Source: a virus. Taken from it: a DNA stretch of 11,095 nt. The notes under the pieces were generated by a model. That model worked only from the letters and a program-made list of their open reading frames with translations, was not told where the DNA came from and did not search any database. Both the position numbers and the translations under genes were made by a program. Positions 1-6,213 of the stretch are shown in pieces (positions within the stretch are counted from its first letter, which is position 1; every line of letters begins with the position of its first letter). The stretch covers positions 1 to 11,095 of IMG/VR virus record IMGVR_UViG_3300020227_000065. The stretch is one strand, 5' to 3'.

Positions 1-70
1 GCCCCCCCCCCTCTAATTGTCCAAATCCCCATAATAGTCTGACAATTATGTGCGAGTGAAGGTGGCTAAA

Positions 71-190
71 GATTCAAAATGATTAGAATTATCTGACAAT
101 ACGATCTATGATTCTAAAAGATTTCTGATAATTCAAAATGATTTTTTAACTTGACAACATGGGTCAAATATGATTCTATTTTGATTCATA
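71..190. repeat. Degenerate ~60-bp direct duplication inside the ITR, with three conserved blocks per unit
   Basis: ATTCAAAATGATT occurs at 72-84 and 131-143. TGACAA occurs at 94-99 and 152-157. TATGATTCTA occurs at 107-116 and 169-178. The block order is the same in both units, offset by 58-62 bp. The structure is mirrored in ITR-R. Confidence 0.6.
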
Positions 191-210
191 AATGGGGCAT
201 GTTGTCAAGT
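149..210. repeat. 13-bp inverted repeat (ACTTGACAACATG / CATGTTGTCAAGT) with a 36-nt spacer at the inner edge of ITR-L
   Basis: Arms at 149-161 and 198-210 are perfectly complementary. The left arm contains a consensus TTGACA (151-156). T-rich sequence follows (212-222). Confidence 0.8.
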
Positions 211-259
211 ATGTTTTATTTTGTCATATTTTGTTCTCTATTTTGTTAAGTCTTTTCTA

Positions 260-288
260 TTGCAATTAGATTCTATTTGTATTAGAAT
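260..288 (+). promoter_or_regulatory. Sigma-A-like early promoter candidate, TTGCAA-17 nt-TAGAAT
   Basis: TTGCAA at 260-265, a 17-nt spacer, then TAGAAT at 283-288. T-rich TATTTTG repeats lie upstream. It is ~15 nt upstream of the strong SD (AAGAGGTGA, 304-312) of the first ORF. Confidence 0.5.
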
Positions 289-317
289 AGTAGATAGTTA
301 GAAAAGAGGTGAAACAT

Positions 318-428
318 ATGACTATTAAGTGTAGAGTTTGGAACTCACTCACTAAAAAAGAAAAGTTGAAAATGCTACAAATAGAAGTAGAATATAACAT
401 TTTCAACTATATAAAGAAAGTATCCTAA
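318..428 (+). CDS. Untracked 36-aa micro-ORF (MTIKCRVWNSLTKKEKLKMLQIEVEYNIFNYIKKVS), hypothetical early protein
   Basis: Hand-translated: ATG at 318, TAA at 426-428. It has the best SD in the window (AAGAGGTGA), 5 nt upstream of the ATG. It is the first ORF downstream of the promoter candidate. No recognisable motif. Confidence 0.4.
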   Translation: MTIKCRVWNSLTKKEKLKMLQIEVEYNIFNYIKKVS

Positions 429-460
429 AACATTATAACATAGAAAAGGGGATTTTATTC

Positions 461-808
461 ATGGGATTTTTAGATAAGTATAATAAGAAACCATTATTTG
501 AGTATGACAACAACAAGGAAAGGGAATATATCAACTTGGAAGGGTTGGTCAATCATTTTGGAATTATGGAGGTTTATGATGTTCATGCATTGTTCATTAA
601 TACAAAATCAAGATATGGTGATGCACCTATCATTGTAACAGATGAATACATGGTAAACGCACCCCATCATCTATTAGAAACAGTAAAAGAAATGCTGGCG
701 GATAGTGATTTGATTAACATGATAAACAATAGAAAAGTAGGGTTCACTATCTATGGTTACAACGGTAAAAACGGTTATGGGTATTCAGTAGAATGGGTTG
801 AAAAGTAA
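461..808 (+). CDS. 115-aa early protein, possibly a phi29 p5-like single-stranded DNA-binding protein
   Basis: SD AAAGGGGA lies upstream. Size, position and a loose pattern match to my recollection of phi29 p5: YGDA...TV.E...DLI......F.V......KGN.F.S versus SRYGDAP...ETVKEMLADSDLINMINNRKVGFTIYGYNGKNGYGYS. A dedicated terminator follows. The functional call is tentative. Confidence 0.4.
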   Translation: MGFLDKYNKKPLFEYDNNKEREYINLEGLVNHFGIMEVYDVHALFINTKSRYGDAPIIVTDEYMVNAPHHLLETVKEMLADSDLINMINNRKVGFTIYGYNGKNGYGYSVEWVEK

Positions 809-816
809 GCTAATAA

Positions 817-846
817 AGGGGTGATTTAATTCACCCCTATTTTTAT
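817..846 (+). terminator. Rho-independent terminator/attenuator after the 115-aa gene
   Basis: Stem AGGGGTGA (817-824) / TCACCCCT (831-838), 6-nt loop TTTAAT, then ATTTTTAT. There is no room for a new promoter before the next start at 863. Confidence 0.8.
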
Positions 847-862
847 AAAAGAAGGTGAAGGA

Positions 863-1099
863 ATGGGAAAAAATAATATGTTGATTATTGGGAAATATTG
901 TCGTAATTACCGCATAACTATATTAGAATTAAGGTTACAAGATATAGAAGGGAATGAAAATGTAAAGTCTTTGTCTAGCTTTGAACATGGTAGAAGTAGC
1001 AACATTAACCACCTATTAAAATATGTAAAAGCATGTGAAACCAAACAACAAAAACTAGATTTTTTACAAGGATTGATTACAACTATAGAAGGTGAATAA
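863..1099 (+). CDS. Small helix-turn-helix (XRE/Cro-like) transcriptional regulator, 78 aa
   Basis: IGKYCRNYRITILELRLQDIEGNENVKSLSSFEHGRSSNINHLLKY fits the HTH_3 pattern (helix, ...S.[FI]E.G...). SD GAAGGTGAAGGA lies upstream. The stop TAA abuts the next ATG (1097-1102). Confidence 0.6.
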   Translation: MGKNNMLIIGKYCRNYRITILELRLQDIEGNENVKSLSSFEHGRSSNINHLLKYVKACETKQQKLDFLQGLITTIEGE

Positions 1100-1756
1100 A
1101 TGGTACTAGATAAAAGTTGGAAAAATATTGATAGGAAAATAGAAACGGGTCAAGAAAAATTTCAAAAGAAACAAGAAGCAAAAATAAGGAAATACCGGCA
1201 AGAAGCGTCAAGAAAAGTTAGTATGGCAAATAAACGATTGCAACGGTTGGAATTTAATAAACTTACAGACAATACCGCATATCAAAGTTTAGTAGGGGAA
1301 GATGGGAAGAAACCCCGTTTTAGTATTAGGGGAAAAGATTATAATGAAGTGCAACGGGAAGTTGCTAGAATGAATAAATTTTTAAATGCGGAAACTTCTA
1401 CTGTAAGGGGTTCTAATAGAGTATTAAAAGAAATGGCAAAAAATACGGGTATCAAATATAAAAATTTAACGGAATTAAAAAAGTCGGCTAGTAGTTTTTT
1501 CAGATTAGCAAACAAGGTAGAAGAATATTTAAGAACCGTAGAAGATAGAGCAAGTGCGGTAGGGTATCAAAAAATATGGGAAGCGGTAAACCAATATGTA
1601 CAAGAAGAAAGCATAGATTTAGCGGAAGCGGAAAACGATATTGATTATATGGTGGATAAGGTAGTAAAGAAAATTGATAAGGTTATGAATGAAGAAGAAA
1701 AATTTACTTTCTATGATACAGGTATGAAAGTAACAGGTTGGTACACGTTAAAATAA
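1100..1756 (+). CDS. Candidate terminal (priming) protein, 218 aa
   Basis: It sits immediately upstream of the protein-primed PolB, as in phi29 (gene 3-gene 2) and Bam35. The N-terminus is highly basic (KFQKKQEAKIRKYRQEASRK). The C-terminus is rich in Ser/Thr/Tyr (FTFYDTGMKVTGWYTLK). The genome has ITRs. I recognise no sequence motif, so the call is positional. Confidence 0.5.
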   Translation: MVLDKSWKNIDRKIETGQEKFQKKQEAKIRKYRQEASRKVSMANKRLQRLEFNKLTDNTAYQSLVGEDGKKPRFSIRGKDYNEVQREVARMNKFLNAETSTVRGSNRVLKEMAKNTGIKYKNLTELKKSASSFFRLANKVEEYLRTVEDRASAVGYQKIWEAVNQYVQEESIDLAEAENDIDYMVDKVVKKIDKVMNEEEKFTFYDTGMKVTGWYTLK

Positions 1757-1771
1757 TAGGGGATATGTAAA

Positions 1772-3883
1772 ATGATAGATATTAAACAACTAAAAATAGA
1801 AAACTTACAATCTATCAATATACCCACTATTAGAACCAATAAGAAAATAGAATATCTGAATATAGAAAGTGCATTCGATATTGAAACAACTTCTATAAAA
1901 TTACAGGGTGATGAAAAAAGCGCATTTATGTATATATGGATGTTCGGCATAGGTTATGGGGAAAATGTTTACTATGGTAGAACATGGAAACAATTTATAG
2001 ATTTATGTAAAATCCTACAAAAAACATACGGACTAAATAAAAACAAAAGATTAGTAGTTTATGTTCATAACCTGGGATATGAATTTCAATTCATGCGGAA
2101 ATATTTTGAATGGGAAAATGTTTTTGCGGTTGGGGAACGAAAACCCATAAAAGCACTATGTACCTATGGAATAGAATTTAGGGATAGTTATATATTAAGT
2201 GGGTATTCACTAGCAAAAACAGGGGAAAACCTACAAAAACACAATATCCAAAAATTAACGGGTGATCTAGATTATTCATTAATAAGAACCCAACATACTA
2301 CATTAACAGATGAAGAAATGGCATATTGTAACAATGATATAGAAGTAGTAAACGCGTATATCAATGAACAAATAGAACAATACGGGGATATTACAAAAAT
2401 ACCCTTAACAAATACGGGAAGGGTTAGAAGTTATGTAAGAAATAATTGTTATTATACAAGCAAGAATCATAGAAAATCAAGTAAGGGAAAATATTACCGT
2501 TATCGTAAAATCATGAATGATCTAACCGTTACTAAAGATGAATATGTAAGGTTAAAACGTGCTTTTATGGGGGGATTTACACACGCAAACGCAAATTATA
2601 GCGGTCAATTACTGGAAGGGGTAACAAGTATAGATTTTACAAGTAGCTATCCTAGTGTTATGTTAGCGGAACAATATCCAATGAGTAGGGGAAAAGAAGT
2701 ACAAATAAAAAACATATCCCATTTAGAATGGTACTGTAATAAATTTTGTATGTTGTTTGATATAAAATTACACAATGTAAGAAGTAAAATTCCACAAGAA
2801 AACTACATAAGTGAAAGTAAGTGCTATGTTTTAAAAGGTGCGGAAATTAATAATGGTAGGGTGTATAGTGCGGAAGAACTAGCCATGACAATTACTAATG
2901 TAGATTATGATATTATCAAACAATGTTATGAATGGGACGGAATAAGTGTTACTAATGTAATACGATACCACAAGGGATATTTACCTAAACCCATTATAGA
3001 AAGTATTTTAAAATTATATCAAGATAAAACCGTATTAAAAGGGGTAGAAGGGTATGAAGTCGAATACCTACTATCTAAAGGAATGTTAAATAGCGTATAT
3101 GGTATGTGTGTAACGGATATTGTAAAAGATGAACATACCTACTTAGATGAATGGGGAAAAGAGCCAGCTAACATAGAAGAACAAATACAAAAATACAATG
3201 AAAGTAAAAATAGATTCTTATATTACCCTTGGGGTGTATGGGTTACGGCATATGCAAGAAAAAATTTATGGACCGGTATTTTAGCATTAGGGAATGATTA
3301 TGTTTATAGTGATACAGATTCTATTAAAATGTTGAATTATGAAAAACATTTAGATTATATTGGTTGGTATAATACTATGACGGTACAAAAATTACAAGAA
3401 ATGTGTAAACATTATAAAATAGATGATAAACTATTAGAACCAAAAACCAAAAAAGGTGAAAGGAAAATGATAGGGATATGGGATTATGAAGGAACATATT
3501 CCCGTTTTAAAACATTAGGGGCGAAAAGATACCTAGTACAAGAAGGTGATAAACTCTTTTTAACGGTTGCAGGCCTTTCTAAACAAAATGGGATAAATTA
3601 CATGATTGAACAGTGTAATGGTGATTATGAAAAAGTTTTTCATATGTTTAATGATGAATTATATGTACCTGCTGAACGTACGGGGAAAATGACACACACC
3701 TATATAGATGAAAAACAAGAATACAGAATAAAAGACTATCAAGGAAACGATTCTACTATTAGTGTAGAAAGTGGAATACATTTAGAACCATGTGACTTTA
3801 CATTAAGTATATCCAAGCAATACGGAAAATTTTTAGATCAATTTATGAAAGGTTATTTATTTAAGGGGGTACAATACCAATGA
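1772..3883 (+). CDS. Protein-primed family B DNA polymerase, 703 aa
   Basis: Motifs by residue:
- Exo I: FDIETT (D36/E38)
- Exo II: HNLGYEF (99-105)
- Exo III: YCNNDIEVV (Y185/D189)
- Pre-motif A: FMGGFT
- Motif A: DFTSSYPS (D288)
- Motif B: KGMLNSVYG (K436)
- Motif C: YSDTDS (D514/D516)
- KxY: GAKRYL
All are collinear with phi29 DNA polymerase. Confidence 0.97.
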   Translation: MIDIKQLKIENLQSINIPTIRTNKKIEYLNIESAFDIETTSIKLQGDEKSAFMYIWMFGIGYGENVYYGRTWKQFIDLCKILQKTYGLNKNKRLVVYVHNLGYEFQFMRKYFEWENVFAVGERKPIKALCTYGIEFRDSYILSGYSLAKTGENLQKHNIQKLTGDLDYSLIRTQHTTLTDEEMAYCNNDIEVVNAYINEQIEQYGDITKIPLTNTGRVRSYVRNNCYYTSKNHRKSSKGKYYRYRKIMNDLTVTKDEYVRLKRAFMGGFTHANANYSGQLLEGVTSIDFTSSYPSVMLAEQYPMSRGKEVQIKNISHLEWYCNKFCMLFDIKLHNVRSKIPQENYISESKCYVLKGAEINNGRVYSAEELAMTITNVDYDIIKQCYEWDGISVTNVIRYHKGYLPKPIIESILKLYQDKTVLKGVEGYEVEYLLSKGMLNSVYGMCVTDIVKDEHTYLDEWGKEPANIEEQIQKYNESKNRFLYYPWGVWVTAYARKNLWTGILALGNDYVYSDTDSIKMLNYEKHLDYIGWYNTMTVQKLQEMCKHYKIDDKLLEPKTKKGERKMIGIWDYEGTYSRFKTLGAKRYLVQEGDKLFLTVAGLSKQNGINYMIEQCNGDYEKVFHMFNDELYVPAERTGKMTHTYIDEKQEYRIKDYQGNDSTISVESGIHLEPCDFTLSISKQYGKFLDQFMKGYLFKGVQYQ

Positions 3884-4980
3884 GTAAAAAAGAACAAAAA
3901 CCTAAATATTATAGTTTGAACCGTATTAAGAAAAAAAATGCGGTTTACAATGTAATATTTGGGGAACGTTCAAATGGGAAAACATATGCGGTATTAAAAG
4001 AGGGGATAGAAAACTACTGGAAAACAGGGGGGCAAATAGCGGTAGTTAGAAGATGGAAAGAAGATATAACAGGGAAACGGGCGCAAGGAATTTTTAATGC
4101 ATTAAATGAAAATGATGAGATACGAAAAATAACGAATGATGAGTTTGAAGGGGTACACTATTACAACGGTAAATTTTATTTATGTACCTATAAAGATAAT
4201 AAAGTAGTTTACAATGATACGGATATTATAGGATATACCTTTGCATTATCGGATAATGAACACAATAAAAGTATTTCCTATCCTAGAGTGCAGATAATTC
4301 TATTTGATGAATTTTTAACGAAACATTTATATTTAAATGATGAATTTGTTTTATTTATGAATACGATTTCCACTATTGTAAGACAACGGACAGACGTAAA
4401 AATATATATGCTAGGGAATACCGTAAATAAATACTGCCCATATTTTCAAGAAATGGGATTGAACCATATATTGAAAATGGAACAAGGTACAATAGATGTT
4501 TATAAATATGGGGAAAGTGGTTTAACGGTTGCGGTGGAATACTGCGCAAGTACCCAACATAAAAAAGCGAATAACTTCTATTTTGCTTTTAACAATCCTA
4601 AATTAGAAATGATAACAGGGGGCGCATGGGAATTAAATATTTACCCCCATAGTCCTATTAAGTTTAAGCCTAAAGATATTAAACTAATTTACTTCATTCT
4701 ATTTAACGATAATACCTATCAATGCGAAATAGTGGTAAAAGGAAACATTACATTTACATTTATTCATATTAAAACTACAGAATTACAGAATACTGAAAAG
4801 GATTTAATCTATACACTAGAATATATTCCCAAAATAAATTATAATAGAAACATATTTAAGCCTATTAATAAGGTGCAAGAAAAAATTGTATGGTATTTTA
4901 AAACGGATAGAGTGTATTACCAAAATAATGAAGTAGGAGATGCAATCTCTAACTACTTAAAAATATGTAAGAGAGGATAG
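3880..4980 (+). CDS. phi29 gp16-like DNA encapsidation (packaging) ATPase, 366 aa
   Basis: YNVIFGERSNGKTYAVLK...GGQIAVVRRWKED matches gp16 LNFVIGARGIGKSYAMKV...GEQFIYVRRYKPE (Walker A). YPRVQIILFDEFL matches gp16 YPNVSTIVFDEFI (Walker B). ATGA overlap with the polymerase stop. Confidence 0.9.
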   Translation: MSKKEQKPKYYSLNRIKKKNAVYNVIFGERSNGKTYAVLKEGIENYWKTGGQIAVVRRWKEDITGKRAQGIFNALNENDEIRKITNDEFEGVHYYNGKFYLCTYKDNKVVYNDTDIIGYTFALSDNEHNKSISYPRVQIILFDEFLTKHLYLNDEFVLFMNTISTIVRQRTDVKIYMLGNTVNKYCPYFQEMGLNHILKMEQGTIDVYKYGESGLTVAVEYCASTQHKKANNFYFAFNNPKLEMITGGAWELNIYPHSPIKFKPKDIKLIYFILFNDNTYQCEIVVKGNITFTFIHIKTTELQNTEKDLIYTLEYIPKINYNRNIFKPINKVQEKIVWYFKTDRVYYQNNEVGDAISNYLKICKRG

Positions 4981-4983
4981 AAT

Positions 4984-5169
4984 ATGATGGACGAATTTAC
5001 AAGTTTAATTAGTAACGTAGGATTCCCGATCGCAATTAGTATTGCCTTATTTTATCAATTAATGAAAACCAATGAAATAGTACGGGAATTTCAATCTACA
5101 ATAGATAATAATACCGCTACAATGGAAAGAATGTTGGATAGATTAGAAGATACTAAAAAGGTGGGGTAG
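4984..5169 (+). CDS. 61-aa single-pass membrane protein, YvrJ-family-like; the only holin candidate
   Basis: One hydrophobic segment (LISNVGFPIAISIALFYQLM) followed by a charged C-terminal tail. The SLISNVGFPI...Y.L pattern resembles the YvrJ family as I remember it. Confidence 0.5.
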   Translation: MMDEFTSLISNVGFPIAISIALFYQLMKTNEIVREFQSTIDNNTATMERMLDRLEDTKKVG

Positions 5170-5172
5170 TAG

Positions 5173-6213
5173 ATGTATAATTATAAAAATAAAAGGGATA
5201 ACATAAAACAGTTAAATAAATATATGTTATCCCGCACCCTTTCTATGTTTAACTATTCGGATTTACCTACTACATTACCTAGTGTAGAAATGGAAAAACA
5301 GTTACAGAAAAAAGGGTACACCTTTATTACTATGGTAGAGGGTTCATTGTATGCATTTCAGGGGGGTTTAGGTGGTGAACCCAACCCCTATGGACAACCA
5401 ACGAAAATAACCATTAATAACCCTTCATTAAACTATAGTGCAACATTAGATATAGAAAAAGATGGGGTATTAATTAAAAATGATGATATGATGATGGGGT
5501 TGTTTACACTATTTGATAAATATAATACCTTATTAATTGAAAATGAAATTACTATGTTTATAAATTCCTACAATACGAGGGTTCAAACGCTTTTAAGTGC
5601 AGGTGATGATTCTACCAAAGAAAGTGCGGAATTATACCTAAAGAAAGTAATAGAAGGGGAATTGGGTATCATAGGGGAAAACCAATTATTTGAGGATTTA
5701 AAAGTGCAAAAAGCGCAAGCAGACAATGCAAACGTAACAACTCAACTAATAGAGTTTAACCAATATTTGAAAGCAAGTCTATATAATGAAGTAGGCTTAA
5801 ATGCTAACTTTAATATGAAAAGGGAAAGACTAAATTCTAGTGAGGTGAAACTCAATACCGACAACCTATACCCCCTTATTCATAATATGCTAGAAAATCG
5901 AAAACAAGGCATAGAGAAACTAAATGAAATGTATGATTTACAAATAGGTGTGGAATTTGGTTCTATATGGAATTTTAGAAATATTAGTGATACAATAGAA
6001 GAACCTAAAGAAACCATAGACGAACAAGAAGAACCAACATTGGAAAATGAAGAACCTTCATTGGAACAAGAAGAACCTATTTTGGAAGATGAAGAACCAA
6101 CATTGGAAAATGAAGAACCAATTTCGGAAGATGAAGAACCAATTTCGGAAGATGAAGAACCAATTTCGGAAGATGAAAGTGCTACTACATTAGAGGAGGT
6201 GGAAAAAAGATGA
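5173..6213 (+). CDS. Portal / upper collar (connector) protein with an acidic C-terminal repeat tail, 346 aa
   Basis: The N-terminal pattern LSRTLSMFNYSDLPTTLPSVEMEKQLQKKGYTFIT resembles phi29 gp10 ([28 protein letters not shown]). Its size and its position next to the packaging ATPase fit a portal. The C-terminal 50 aa are (EEPxxE[NQD])7. Confidence 0.75.
   Translation: MYNYKNKRDNIKQLNKYMLSRTLSMFNYSDLPTTLPSVEMEKQLQKKGYTFITMVEGSLYAFQGGLGGEPNPYGQPTKITINNPSLNYSATLDIEKDGVLIKNDDMMMGLFTLFDKYNTLLIENEITMFINSYNTRVQTLLSAGDDSTKESAELYLKKVIEGELGIIGENQLFEDLKVQKAQADNANVTTQLIEFNQYLKASLYNEVGLNANFNMKRERLNSSEVKLNTDNLYPLIHNMLENRKQGIEKLNEMYDLQIGVEFGSIWNFRNISDTIEEPKETIDEQEEPTLENEEPSLEQEEPILEDEEPTLENEEPISEDEEPISEDEEPISEDESATTLEEVEKR
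6028..6174 (+). repeat. In-frame tandem repeat, 7 x 21 bp, encoding EEPTLEN/EEPSLEQ/EEPILED/EEPTLEN/EEPISED x3
   Basis: Units start at 6028, 6049, 6070, 6091, 6112, 6133 and 6154. Units 5-7 are identical at nucleotide level (63 bp) and units 1 and 4 are identical. A degenerate copy lies upstream (5998-6027, EEPKETIDEQ). Confidence 0.95.

Larger units (their letters stand above)
1..211. repeat. Left inverted terminal repeat (ITR-L), 211 bp, starting 5'-GCCCCCCCCCC
   Basis: The reverse complement of 10885-11095 matches 1-211 at every position (compared in 10-nt blocks). The first mismatch is at position 212 versus 10884. Confidence 0.97.

Noticed and set aside
79-96. ATG inside the ITR preceded by a GAAGGTGG SD-like sequence (58-65)
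   Set aside because: There are only 5 codons before the TGA, and the SD-like element is 13 nt away. It is not a plausible gene.
798-850. Promoter for the regulator gene around the first terminator (TTGAAA at 798-803, TATAAA at 844-849)
   Set aside because: Neither hexamer has a partner at 16-18 nt spacing. The sequences found there are GTGATT after the -35-like box and GTGATT/TGATTT before the -10-like box. Terminator read-through is the simpler model.
863-1099. The HTH protein as evidence of a lysogeny switch or temperate lifestyle
   Set aside because: There is no integrase, recombinase, partition or divergent repressor/Cro arrangement anywhere in the genome. A single small HTH protein is equally compatible with early/late regulation in a virulent phage.
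1711-1950. Minus-strand ORF of 79 aa spanning the TP/polymerase junction
   Set aside because: It is antisense to two well-supported + strand genes. The product is a low-complexity Ile/Phe/Leu-rich string, typical of the reverse frame of AT-rich coding DNA. I saw no SD.
3880-3883. Possibility of genetic code 4 (TGA = Trp, Mycoplasma/Spiroplasma host), given the resemblance in size to Mycoplasma phage P1
   Set aside because: All three TGA stops sit in ATGA overlaps with well-placed downstream starts. Trp is encoded by TGG throughout. No long ORF contains an in-frame TGA, which would be very unlikely under code 4.
6028-6174. Regularly spaced repeats that might suggest a CRISPR array
   Set aside because: The units are contiguous 21-mers with no spacers. 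They are in frame within the portal ORF and encode a peptide repeat. This is a coding tandem repeat, not a CRISPR array.
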